From positions 4,480,001 to 4,544,000 of the forward strand of contig OY820905.2 of NCBI GenBank assembly GCA_963555755.3: a DNA stretch of 64,000 bases. The letters run 5' to 3'. The notes beneath the pieces were generated by a model. It saw nothing but the letters and a program-made list of their open reading frames with translations, had not been told where the DNA came from and did not search any database. Made by a program: the position numbers and the translations under genes. This DNA comes from Nitrospirales bacterium (lineage in GTDB: Bacteria; Nitrospirota; Nitrospiria; Nitrospirales; UBA8639). Below, one piece after another: positions 49,876 to 59,133 of the stretch (positions are counted from its first letter, which is position 1; each line of letters begins with the position of its first letter).

Positions 49876-51620
49876 ACGTTTTCCTCAGGATTATCTCCTA
49901 TCTTCGTGGGTATCAGATGAGGCTGGCGGCCGCATGTGTGTGTGCCGCGGGCGTCGCTGGGATGACCGGCGCGTATGCCTGGCTCATTCAGCCCGTGATG
50001 GATGAGCTGTTCATTGCCAAAGATGAGTCACTGCTCCTGGTCTTGCCACTGGCGCTCCTTAGCGTGGCGGTCCTGAAAGGTCTCTTTTCCTATGGTCAGG
50101 CCTACCTCATGAGTTATGTGGGACATCGACTCGTTGCGAACGTGCGTCAGCAATTGTTCGGGCAATTTCTTCGTCTCCCCCTGCCGTTTCATCATGCCCA
50201 TACCTCGGGGCGTCTCCTGGCACGAGTGGTCAATGATGTCAATGAAATGGGAAATGCGATTCCTACCGTGGTGAAAGATCTTTTTCAGCAGGGTTTAACA
50301 TTTATTGCCATGTTGGGTTTGGCATTTTATCAGAATTGGAAATTGGCGACGATTGTGCTTCTGGTGTTCCCCATCTCGGGCTATGTTATCGTCCAAATTG
50401 GCAAGCGAATTCGGAAATTGGCTACCAAGGGGCAGGAGTCGATGGGGGATATGGCCTCAGTGGTTAGCGAAGCACTCAAAGGGATTCGTATTGTGAAAGC
50501 GTACGGGGCAGAAGACATTGAACAACAACGTTTTAGCCAAAGTAACAACTCCTTTATGCGGGCCAATATTAAGTCGGCACAGGTTTCGGCCATAGCTTCT
50601 CCCTTTTTAGAAATTATCGGAGTGGGGGGAATTGCCGTCATCATTTGGTATGGTGGATTTTTGGTGATTGACGGCCAGATGAAACCCGGGGAATTTTTTT
50701 CGTTCTTGCTTGCATTGGGTCTGGCGTATGGACCTGTTCGCAAACTGGCTGGGGCCAATGTCTCGATACAACGAGCATTAGCCGCAGGGATTCGTGTCTT
50801 TGATATGCTCGATCGACAGAATGAATATGAACAAGATCGTGGACATATCGTGTTACCACCAGTCGCGCATTCTTTGGAATTTCGGAACGTGCACTTTTGT
50901 TATGAAGACAGTGAGCAGCCGGCGCTGATAAATATTAACTTAACGATTCAGGCCGGGGAAGTGGTCGCGCTGGTAGGCCGAAGTGGAAGTGGCAAAACCA
51001 CGCTCGTGAGTCTTGTGGCACGGTTATTTCATCCCTCAGAGGGAATGATTGCTATCGATGGACAAGATATTCAACATGTGATGCTTGACTCATTGCGATC
51101 GCAAATTGCCATGGTCTCGCAGGATACGATTTTGTTCGATGAAACCATACGGGCCAATATTGCGTACGGTCGAATGGACGCCAGTGATGCCGACGTGCTT
51201 GGGGCAGCCAAGGCTGCGCATGCATGGGAGTTCATTGATCAGTTGCCGGAGGGCCTGGATACATTGATCGGAGAAAATGGGGTCAAGCTGTCCGGAGGCC
51301 AACGGCAGCGATTGGCGATTGCGCGGGCGATTTTGCGGGATCCGCCCTTGCTCATTCTCGATGAAGCCACCTCCTCACTCGATACCGAATCCGAGCGCAT
51401 GGTTCAAGCCGCCTTAACGACCTTAATGAACAATCGGACGACTCTCGTGATTGCCCATCGTCTCTCAACCGTTCAGCATGCGAATCGCATCGTGGTGTTG
51501 AATGAGGGGCGCATCTTGGAAGTTGGCACCCATTCGGAACTCCTTCGTCGAAATGGGGCATACACGCGGTTGTATCAGACGCAATTTCACGACGTATCGG
51601 TGGAATCGATCATCAGTTAA
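49863..51620 (+). CDS. msbA: Lipid A flippase ABC transporter
   Basis: TM domain, GRSGSGKT, LSGGQRQR, ILDEATS; inside the lpx operon. Confidence 0.9.
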   Translation: MSSVNVFLRIISYLRGYQMRLAAACVCAAGVAGMTGAYAWLIQPVMDELFIAKDESLLLVLPLALLSVAVLKGLFSYGQAYLMSYVGHRLVANVRQQLFGQFLRLPLPFHHAHTSGRLLARVVNDVNEMGNAIPTVVKDLFQQGLTFIAMLGLAFYQNWKLATIVLLVFPISGYVIVQIGKRIRKLATKGQESMGDMASVVSEALKGIRIVKAYGAEDIEQQRFSQSNNSFMRANIKSAQVSAIASPFLEIIGVGGIAVIIWYGGFLVIDGQMKPGEFFSFLLALGLAYGPVRKLAGANVSIQRALAAGIRVFDMLDRQNEYEQDRGHIVLPPVAHSLEFRNVHFCYEDSEQPALININLTIQAGEVVALVGRSGSGKTTLVSLVARLFHPSEGMIAIDGQDIQHVMLDSLRSQIAMVSQDTILFDETIRANIAYGRMDASDADVLGAAKAAHAWEFIDQLPEGLDTLIGENGVKLSGGQRQRLAIARAILRDPPLLILDEATSSLDTESERMVQAALTTLMNNRTTLVIAHRLSTVQHANRIVVLNEGRILEVGTHSELLRRNGAYTRLYQTQFHDVSVESIIS

Positions 51621-51643
51621 CCTCCAAGTCAGGGCTCATCGAG

Positions 51644-52339
51644 ATGAAACGTTGGTTGATACACAGAATAGTGCCTTCCGTTGGTTACTGGCTTATCAGA
51701 TTCTTGGGATGGACCAATGCTCTACAGTTTCAGGGTTATGACATGGTTCGTACACTCCGATCGCAATATGGAGGACTCATCTTTGCATTTTGGCATAGCC
51801 ACCAATTACTCATGCCATTAGTCTTTCACGAAAAACCGGCTTGTGTGCTGATTAGCCAACATCGTGATGGCGAACTCATTTGCGGAATCATTCAACGATT
51901 TGGACATTCCGCAATCCGTGGGTCAACGACTAGAGGAGGCGGATTGGCATTTCGTCAATTGATTCGGGCTGGCCGAACCGGCGGTGATCTTGTGGTGACG
52001 CCTGACGGCCCCAAGGGGCCACGGGAGGTAGTGAAACTGGGAGTGATTCATTTGGCGAAAATGACGGGGTTGCCCGTTGTCCCGTTAGTGTTTGCCTGCT
52101 CAAAAAAAAAGTCTTTTCAAGCTGGGACCGTTTTGTCTTTCCCTATCCATTTGGCAAAGGCCTTTTTGTGTGGGGGCAGCCTCTCTGGGTTGACAGGTCG
52201 GCTGATGACCAAAGTTTGGAACGTCAACGCCAAGAATTGGAAAGGGTTCTGTGTTCCATGCTTGCTGAAGCCACAGAAGTGGTCAGTCGAAAATAATCAC
52301 GTTGATCCTTCTGTAGAATACCTTCCTTCGTGGATCTGA
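51644..52339 (+). CDS. DUF374 lysophospholipid acyltransferase-like protein; family-like C-terminus is in the -1 frame (ends 52296)
   Basis: FWH, ISQHRDGE, RGSTTRGG, TPDGPKGP; after the A9 run (52102-52110) the -1 frame reads VFSSWDRFVFPYPFGKG. Confidence 0.85.
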   Translation: MKRWLIHRIVPSVGYWLIRFLGWTNALQFQGYDMVRTLRSQYGGLIFAFWHSHQLLMPLVFHEKPACVLISQHRDGELICGIIQRFGHSAIRGSTTRGGGLAFRQLIRAGRTGGDLVVTPDGPKGPREVVKLGVIHLAKMTGLPVVPLVFACSKKKSFQAGTVLSFPIHLAKAFLCGGSLSGLTGRLMTKVWNVNAKNWKGFCVPCLLKPQKWSVENNHVDPSVEYLPSWI

Positions 52340-52347
52340 AAACATAA

Positions 52348-52487
52348 GGGCACCTCTACAAACCAGGCATTTTGGTGAGGGCAAGGAAGCCGCGCGCGGA
52401 AAACCGGAGTGTATGGGCGAATACATGAGGATTTGAGCACGCGGCTGACGCCGCCATCACAGAAAAGGACGGCTTTTAGAGGTGCCC
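52348..52487. mobile_element. MITE with 4-bp TSD and family-A-like interior
   Basis: TIR GGGCACCTCTA / TAGAGGTGCCC; ATAA at 52344-52347 and 52488-52491. Confidence 0.85.
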
Positions 52488-52535
52488 ATAAGCCGTCTTT
52501 GCCCCAATCTTCGCCGGTACGATACATCTTCCCGA

Positions 52536-53831
52536 ATGTGGTACTTCCTTTACAATATCCTTCTCTTGGTCAGTGCTCCGGTCATTATTCTGATCTTATT
52601 ACTGAAGAAGCGTTGTCGTCGTGGGTTTGGGCAACGATTGGGCCTCGCTCTTCCTGAGGAATTTTCCTCTGACAAAGAGGTCCTGTGGATTCATGCGGTG
52701 TCGATGGGTGAAGTCCTTGCCGTTGTACCACTGGTGACGGCTATCCACCATGCCTATCCTCATCTCGCCATTATCATTTCGACGATTACGGACACGGGAC
52801 GTGAGGCGGTGGAGCAGCGTTTGAGCGGAATCGCCCGACATTGTTATTTGCCTCTTGATTGGCCCTGGACGGTTCGCCGGTTTATCCTGCACCTTCGTCC
52901 CAAAGCGTTTCTTGTCGTGGAAACGGAATTGTGGCCCAATTTGCTCAAGGAACTTCAGGCTCATGGGGTGTCGAGTGTGCTGGTGAATGGCCGTCTTTCT
53001 ACTAAATCTTTTGAACGGTATCTTTGGGTGAAGTCCTTCATGAAACATGTGCTTTCTTCCTTCAGTTTATGCCTGGTGCAGTCTGATCGGGACGCGCGCC
53101 GTTTGATTGTCTTGGGGGCCAAGGGAGAGTGGGTTCATCGAACTGGCAATATGAAGTTCGATGTTGAACTTGTGGGAATTGACGGCCAAGAGAACAGGAT
53201 AGGTCCTCAACTCATTGACTTACATGATGGCGAAATACTGATTGTGGCTGGAAGTACCCATCCAAAAGAGGAAAAAGAATTGCTCTCGTGTTATCAAGAC
53301 ATCTTGGAAGAGTACCCTCAGGCGGTGATACTGATGGCACCTCGGCATATAGAACGGAGTGACCAGCTTGAAGACACCATACGATCATTTGGGTTTGAGG
53401 TGGTGAGACGAAGTCGGCTTGGCACACATGAAAGTGGCTCGATAGCTGGGACAAGGCCAAGAGTTATCGTGCTTGATACTCGAGGTGAACTTGCTCAGGT
53501 GTATGCCTTGGCCCGAGTGACGTTTGTCGGAGGCACATTTGTCCCGGTGGGTGGGCATAATCTCCTGGAACCAGCCTCCTGGGGAAAACCGGTGTTGTTT
53601 GGTCCGTTTACCGATCATTGTCAGGAAATTGCGGACCTCCTTATTGAGAGCGGGGGAGGGAACCAGGTATGCGATGGACATGAGATGGCTTCTCTGGTGG
53701 TGAAGATTCTGAACGATCAGTCTTTGGCCCATCGAATGGGACAAGCCGCTCGCCAGGTTGTTCTCGACAATCAAGGTGTGGTGAAACGAAATATGGAACT
53801 GCTGCGTCCACTGCTAGAGTCTCGACGGTAA
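52536..53831 (+). CDS. waaA: Kdo transferase
   Basis: WIHAVSMGE, ETELWPN, NGRLS, TGNMKFD, AGSTH, APRH, GGHNLLEP. Confidence 0.96.
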   Translation: MWYFLYNILLLVSAPVIILILLLKKRCRRGFGQRLGLALPEEFSSDKEVLWIHAVSMGEVLAVVPLVTAIHHAYPHLAIIISTITDTGREAVEQRLSGIARHCYLPLDWPWTVRRFILHLRPKAFLVVETELWPNLLKELQAHGVSSVLVNGRLSTKSFERYLWVKSFMKHVLSSFSLCLVQSDRDARRLIVLGAKGEWVHRTGNMKFDVELVGIDGQENRIGPQLIDLHDGEILIVAGSTHPKEEKELLSCYQDILEEYPQAVILMAPRHIERSDQLEDTIRSFGFEVVRRSRLGTHESGSIAGTRPRVIVLDTRGELAQVYALARVTFVGGTFVPVGGHNLLEPASWGKPVLFGPFTDHCQEIADLLIESGGGNQVCDGHEMASLVVKILNDQSLAHRMGQAARQVVLDNQGVVKRNMELLRPLLESRR

Positions 53832-53856
53832 TTCAACTGAGTCATGAGGGTTCTGA

Positions 53857-54879
53857 ATGCTGACCGATCTGATAACGTTTCCCTATCAGGTGGCAGTGTG
53901 TTCGCGTCTTTGGCTGTACACCCATGGTTGGCTAAAGTCCAAGCGATTGCCTCGTCCCGTGGTAAGCGTGGGGAATCTTACTGTTGGCGGAACCGGAAAA
54001 ACCCCGATGACCATGTGGGTGGCGCACTATTTGGCCGCCAAAGGAAAGCAGGTGGCGATTCTCAGTCGAGGGTATCGGCGCCATTCTTCAAAGAAATTTC
54101 TTTTAGTCTCGAATGGCAAGGATGTCCTTACTGGGCCAGTAGAATCTGGTGACGAACCCTTTTTAATGGCCACCCGTTGTCCTGGTGTCATCGTGGCTGT
54201 TGGCGCGGATCGGTATCACTTGGGGCTTTGGGTGTTGGCGCAGCAGGCAGTCGATTGCTTTGTGCTGGATGATGGATTTCAGCATCTCAATCTTGACCGT
54301 GACTTGAACTTTCTGCTTATCGATGTGTCTGATTCCACAGGGATGCAAGCTCTCGTTCCTATTGGCCGGCTGCGCGAACCGCTCTCGAGTGCGCAACGAG
54401 CCACAGACATTCTTTGTACTCGCGTGGAGGATCCTGAGGATGTGAAGCCGGTACGGCAGGCTCTTGAATCAGCTATCGGTAGTGCGGTCTCTCCAATTAC
54501 CTCGCGCTTTGAGGCCCAGCATTTGACGTGTGGAAACGGTGATGTGACCCACGAACCTTCATGGTTGCAAGGAAAGCGAGTTTTATTATTTAGTGGTGTG
54601 GCGAATGCCCGTTCCTTCCGACGTCTAGTGGAGGGTCTCGATGCACAGGTGGTTGACGAACTGATATTCCCGGATCACATGACGTACACCCCCGATACCC
54701 TTCGCCAGATTCAAGAACGAGCGGATAGGGCCCAAGCAGATGTTCGAGTAACCACTGAGAAAGACCTAGTGAAAGTCAAACCTGTATGGCCCTATCCCGA
54801 GCCGGTATGGGCGCTGTCCCTCGGTGTTCAATTTATAGAAGGACAAGATAAACTGGAAGCACGATTAAGTAGCATCTAA
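53857..54879 (+). CDS. lpxK: Tetraacyldisaccharide 4'-kinase
   Basis: SVGNLTVGGTGKTP, SRGY, GDEP, LDDGFQH, GRLREP, FPDH, TTEKD. Confidence 0.96.
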   Translation: MLTDLITFPYQVAVCSRLWLYTHGWLKSKRLPRPVVSVGNLTVGGTGKTPMTMWVAHYLAAKGKQVAILSRGYRRHSSKKFLLVSNGKDVLTGPVESGDEPFLMATRCPGVIVAVGADRYHLGLWVLAQQAVDCFVLDDGFQHLNLDRDLNFLLIDVSDSTGMQALVPIGRLREPLSSAQRATDILCTRVEDPEDVKPVRQALESAIGSAVSPITSRFEAQHLTCGNGDVTHEPSWLQGKRVLLFSGVANARSFRRLVEGLDAQVVDELIFPDHMTYTPDTLRQIQERADRAQADVRVTTEKDLVKVKPVWPYPEPVWALSLGVQFIEGQDKLEARLSSI

Positions 54880-54884
54880 GCATG

Positions 54885-55157
54885 TTCACAGAAATTGAGA
54901 AAATCCGAAACGCGAATATCGAGAAATCTGAAACACATTCATAGGAGTTCTCTCTGTCATTTCGAGTGGAAGGAGAAATCTCTTGGTTGGGGCTGGAATG
55001 GGTGCTTTAGTGTGAGGGATGGAGAGATTTCTCCCATGGGTCGAAATGACAAGATATGAGTGAGGTGAGGTCTTTTCATCAAAAGACCCTGTTTGAAGCA
55101 TTCGAATTTTAAATTTCGGATTTGTTTTGAATTTTGATATTCGGATTTCGAATTTAA
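54885..55157. repeat. Nested palindrome: heptamer-like arms enclosing a REP-like doublet (54955-55051)
   Basis: Arms GAAAATCCGAAACGCGAATATCGAG / TTCGGATTT...TTCGGATTTCGAATTT; inner TGTCATTTCGA...GAGAAATCTC / GAGATTTCTC...TCGAAATGACA. Confidence 0.7.
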
Positions 55158-55174
55158 CTTGTAAAAGGCTCACT

Positions 55175-56281
55175 GTGTTTAGTGAATTAAAGCCTGACAC
55201 GATTCGACGGATTCTCGTTCGCGGCCCCAATTGGGTGGGCGATGCGGTGATGTGTACGCCGGCCTTGCAAGGCATTCGGCAGACATTTCCTTCGGCAGAA
55301 ATTTCGCTTCTTGCTCGACCTGCTGTGGCCAATCTGTTGAGAGGTCATTCCAGTTTTGACAGGACGATTGTGTATGAACATCAGGACGAGCATGCAGGAT
55401 TTCTTGGTACGTTCCGACTTGCTAAAACCCTGAAGGCACTGGCCTTTGATGTTGCCGTTCTGTTTCCCAACGCGTTTGATGCGGCGTTGTTGACCTTTCT
55501 CGCACGGATTCCCCGACGGTACGGGTATGCCACCGATGGGAGATCCTTGTTGCTGACCAATGCCGTCTCCCTTCCTCCTCAAGCGAACGCGTTGCATCAA
55601 GTTCGATATTTTGAGGAATTGATTCGTCCGTTGTGCCCGACGTATTCTTCTCAGCCTCCAGTGTTGACCGTTTCAGGAGACGACGAGGATCAAGCCGCCC
55701 AACTTTTCGCTAGGAACGGGGTGTCAGAGGATTGCGTTCTCGTCGGGTTGAATCCTGGGTCGATGTATGGTGGGGCCAAGCGCTGGTTGCCTGAACGGTT
55801 TGCGGAAGCCGCTGATCAAGTCGTTGAGAACCTTGCGACAAAGGAAAAATCTGCTGCTGTGCGAGTTGTCATTGTTGGGGCACCGGGCGAGGAAGTATTA
55901 GGTCATCAGATTGCCGGGTTGATGCGGATGTATCCTGCCGTTCTTTCCGGACAAACCTCTCTTGGGGTGCTCAAAGCGGTTATTAAACGGTGCCGGTTAT
56001 TTCTGACCAATGATACGGGTCCCATGCATATCGCCAATGCCTTGGGTATTCCCGTCATTGCGGTGTTTGGGCCGACCGATCACACGACGACCGCGCCTTT
56101 TGCCTCAGGACATGTGGTGGTGAGGACTCCTGTGAATTGCTCACCCTGCTTACTTCGGGAATGTCCTATCGATCATCGTTGTATGACTGGCGTGACGGTT
56201 GAGCAGGTCGTTCAAGGTGCGCAACAGGTTTTGAAGAACCGTGATAGCTCTCTTCTCAAAAAATTCCAGGTAGAACCCTGA
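55175..56281 (+). CDS. waaF: LPS heptosyltransferase II
   Basis: RGPNWVGDAVM, NPGSMYGGAKRW, TNDTGPMHIA, FGPT, CSPCLLRECP. Confidence 0.9.
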   Translation: MFSELKPDTIRRILVRGPNWVGDAVMCTPALQGIRQTFPSAEISLLARPAVANLLRGHSSFDRTIVYEHQDEHAGFLGTFRLAKTLKALAFDVAVLFPNAFDAALLTFLARIPRRYGYATDGRSLLLTNAVSLPPQANALHQVRYFEELIRPLCPTYSSQPPVLTVSGDDEDQAAQLFARNGVSEDCVLVGLNPGSMYGGAKRWLPERFAEAADQVVENLATKEKSAAVRVVIVGAPGEEVLGHQIAGLMRMYPAVLSGQTSLGVLKAVIKRCRLFLTNDTGPMHIANALGIPVIAVFGPTDHTTTAPFASGHVVVRTPVNCSPCLLRECPIDHRCMTGVTVEQVVQGAQQVLKNRDSSLLKKFQVEP

Positions 56282-56856
56282 TGTCAGTCGATCAATCCCA
56301 CGCGACGGTTTTTTTTGATCGTGATGGTACGTTGAATCATGATACGAGTTACATCAAGACTCCTGGAGAACTCGTCTTGTTTCCCGATGCTGTGACCGCA
56401 GTGAAGCGGTGTAATGATGCTGGCATACGGGTGTTGGTGGTCACGAATCAATCCGGACTGGCGCGTGGCTATTTTTCCCAGGCGGACCTAGATGGGATTC
56501 ATCGACGTTTGCGTGAGCAACTTCAGGATGGTGGGGCCTGGATCGATGACATCTTTATCTGCCCGCATCATCCTGATGACGGATGCCAGTGCCGAAAACC
56601 CAACCCGGGTATGATCGAACAGGCCATGGCTCGCTATCCGATTGATCTGGCGAGGAGCTATGTGGTCGGTGATAAATCTATCGATGTCGAGCTAGCGGCT
56701 AAGACACAAGTCAAAGGGCTGTTGGTGACAACAGGGCCTACAAGTGCAGAGGAGCTTCGGATGATCCGGGCCCATCATCTTCCTGTCGCGCATGTGGCGG
56801 AGTGCTTGCAGGACGCCGTGGATTGGATTTTGGCTGATGTTGAATGTGTTGGATGA
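56281..56856 (+). CDS. gmhB: D-glycero-D-manno-heptose 1,7-bisphosphate phosphatase
   Basis: FDRDGTLN, VTNQSG, CPHHP..GCQCRKP, VGD. Confidence 0.93.
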   Translation: MSVDQSHATVFFDRDGTLNHDTSYIKTPGELVLFPDAVTAVKRCNDAGIRVLVVTNQSGLARGYFSQADLDGIHRRLREQLQDGGAWIDDIFICPHHPDDGCQCRKPNPGMIEQAMARYPIDLARSYVVGDKSIDVELAAKTQVKGLLVTTGPTSAEELRMIRAHHLPVAHVAECLQDAVDWILADVECVG

Positions 56857-56901
56857 GGCTGCTGTTTCCCCTTAATTTCCCAAGGCCATGGGTATGGTGC
56901 C

Positions 56902-57960
56902 GTGTTGAATGTGAATCCCGAACGAATCCTCATCATAAAGCCAAGCTCGTTGGGTGATATCATTCATGCCCTGCCAACACTTGCCGCCTTACGGGCACGG
57001 TTTCCGCAGGCGTGGATTGCCTGGTTGGTCAAACAGGAATGGGCGGAAATTCTGGAAGGCAATCCGTTGTTGAATGAAGTCCTGGCCGTGAACCTTGGCG
57101 TAACACAGTGGTGGGGTGTTGTTCAGGCGGTCAGGAAACGAGGCTTTGATCTTGTCGTCGATTTGCAGGGATTGTTCCGGTCAGCCTTCATGGCCAAATT
57201 GACCGGGGCTCCTGTGGTCGTGGGCTTTGCTCAAGGTCGTGAATGCAGCCCCTGGTTCTATACGCATCGTGTGAAGTTGCCCATTTCTGCAGGGCAGTCC
57301 TGGCGTTTGTGGAATATGCACGCCGTGGATCGAAATCTCGCCGTGGCGAAATTTCTCGGGGCAAAGAGTGTTGTCCCTGAATTTTGGTTGCCCAGCCATG
57401 ACGATGATCGCCAAGCCGTTGACCAATGGTTGAAGGCCTCGGGTGTGACCGATGCCGACCGGCTTGTCGCTATGGCCCCTCTGACTCGTCAGAGTATAAA
57501 AAATTGGCCCTTGGATCGATTTGTCCAAGTGGCTCAAGCTTTGATAAAAAACAACCGGGTCAAGGTTGTGCTTATTGGAACAGAAGCTCCGCACGTCAGC
57601 CGGCAATTTGAGGTGGCATTGGGCTCCCAATTGGTAAATTTGATGGGGAAGACTCGCGTTCGCCAGCTTGGCGTCATATTTGATAGAGTGCAGCTTTTAA
57701 TTGCCAATGATTCGGCGCCGCTACATATTGCGGTAGCACGTGGGATTCCGATAGTGACGATATTTGGTCCCACAAACCCGGAAGCCACCGGGCCGTATGG
57801 GATGGAAGCAGGTTCTCATGTTCTGACGCATGCTCTTCCCTGCCGGCCTTGTGGGGAGCCAACCTGTCGGAATGACAACCCGCTTGAATGTTTGACCTCG
57901 ATATCGGTGGAGGACGTGGTGGGGCAAGCTGAGCGTATTTTGGGTGCGGTGGAAACGTAA
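56902..57960 (+). CDS. waaC: LPS heptosyltransferase (GT9, WaaC-like)
   Basis: IKPSSLGDIIH, VDLQGLFRS, ANDSAPLHIA, FGPTNP. Confidence 0.8.
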   Translation: MLNVNPERILIIKPSSLGDIIHALPTLAALRARFPQAWIAWLVKQEWAEILEGNPLLNEVLAVNLGVTQWWGVVQAVRKRGFDLVVDLQGLFRSAFMAKLTGAPVVVGFAQGRECSPWFYTHRVKLPISAGQSWRLWNMHAVDRNLAVAKFLGAKSVVPEFWLPSHDDDRQAVDQWLKASGVTDADRLVAMAPLTRQSIKNWPLDRFVQVAQALIKNNRVKVVLIGTEAPHVSRQFEVALGSQLVNLMGKTRVRQLGVIFDRVQLLIANDSAPLHIAVARGIPIVTIFGPTNPEATGPYGMEAGSHVLTHALPCRPCGEPTCRNDNPLECLTSISVEDVVGQAERILGAVET

Positions 57961-58014
57961 AGCGTGATCCGTGAAGCGTGGGGAAAGCGTAGTTATTTTT
58001 TACTCATCACGCAT
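57955..58014. repeat. Heptamer array starting at the waaC stop
   Basis: CGTAAAG/CGTGATC/CGTGAAG/CGTGG...TTACTCA/TCACGCA. Confidence 0.65.
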
Positions 58015-58049
58015 AGAGGTTGTGCACTTCTTTTTACAATATGAGCGCC

Positions 58050-58169
58050 TAGGACAAACTGGGATCGCAGCGTGGCATGGGGCGCCAGCACGCCGTGGAA
58101 GCGAATGAGATGGAGCTGTGGATGCGGAACGAGCGCGGCCAGGCGTTGGAGGGATTCCAGCGGGGTCAG
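58050..58169 (-). pseudogene. IS91/ISCR rolling-circle transposase remnant
   Basis: Minus-strand translation LTPLESLQRLAALVPHPQLHLIRFHGVLAPHATLRSQFV matches the IS91/ISCR C-terminal motif; not in the ORF track. Confidence 0.85.
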
Positions 58170-58269
58170 TGAAGAACATCATTCATTAACATTTACCCTT
58201 TTCCTCCATTTTTTCATATTGGAAATACTTCGAGCCTGCCCTCTAATGAATCTCACGCCCTAAATAACC

Positions 58270-58298
58270 TTGCACGATCATTCTGTATGCTCTAGTAT
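58270..58298 (+). promoter_or_regulatory. Sigma-70 promoter of the TA operon
   Basis: TTGCAC-N17-TAGTAT; SD AGGAGG before ATG 58332. Confidence 0.55.
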
Positions 58299-58331
58299 TA
58301 CTTGTAGTTATGCATATTACAGGAGGAAGCG

Positions 58332-58547
58332 ATGGCAACGTTAACCCTGAGAGTGGAAGACCAATTAAATCGTAAACTTCAACGCTTGGCCAAAGAGACG
58401 GAACGTCCTAAAAGCTATTTTATTAAAAAAGCTTTGGAACTCTACCTGGAGGAATATGAGGATTATCAAATAGCTCTGGCCAGACGAGCCAGTAAGGATG
58501 ATGAAATCCTGACGATGACGCAAATGAGGAAAGCGCTTGGTGTTTGA
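58332..58547 (+). CDS. RHH/CopG-type (RelB-like) antitoxin
   Basis: TLTLRV...LQRLAKETERPKSYFIKKALELYLEEYEDY. Confidence 0.85.
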   Translation: MATLTLRVEDQLNRKLQRLAKETERPKSYFIKKALELYLEEYEDYQIALARRASKDDEILTMTQMRKALGV

Positions 58548-58794
58548 GGTCCGCTTTAAAAAGTCTGTTAAGAAAGACCTGCAGAAACTCTCGAAAACCG
58601 ACCAAAAACAGGTGTTGACCAACCTTCAACGGAACTTAGCCAAAGATCCCTATAAAGGCAAAGCGTTAAGCGGAGAATTCAAAGGATTGTATCGTTGGCG
58701 GACGGGAAATATTCGAGTGATTTATGAAATTCAAAACAAACAACTGATTGTTCTCGTATTAAAAATCGGCCAACGCAAAGACGTCTATCGGTAG
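58537..58794 (+). CDS. RelE/ParE family toxin
   Basis: FKKSVKKDLQKL...GKALSG..KGLYRWRTGNIRVIYEI...IGQRKDVYR. Confidence 0.9.
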   Translation: MVFEVRFKKSVKKDLQKLSKTDQKQVLTNLQRNLAKDPYKGKALSGEFKGLYRWRTGNIRVIYEIQNKQLIVLVLKIGQRKDVYR

Positions 58795-58819
58795 GCCTCA
58801 TTTTTAATTGATCGTCCAG

Positions 58820-58936
58820 GCACCTCGCAAAATACAAAAATGTCTCATCACCACCGAGGTGACTACGACTTTTTGTATTTCACCATGCACACCAATATCT
58901 TGCACGGCTTTTTTACGTCCAACTGCCGTTTCTAGG
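58820..58936. mobile_element. Partial family C MITE
   Basis: Reverse complement of about 33525-33641; ends CCAACTGCCGTTTCTAGG. Confidence 0.8.
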
Positions 58937-59133
58937 CTCGAGGGTATTGTTCCCTGTCAAGAGGCAACCCAGACCCGGTCTGGGTTTGTTGAGTCCCTAA
59001 CCTGAGGGTAGTAGACTGCGGTTTGGCATGAACATCCCGTGAAAAATTTCCGGTAGCAACTTCCTGAAGTCCGCCGTGAGTGCCGGTTGTTCTGGCTGGA
59101 AAATACCTGTCTGGGGTGCAGGAGTGATCCTTA

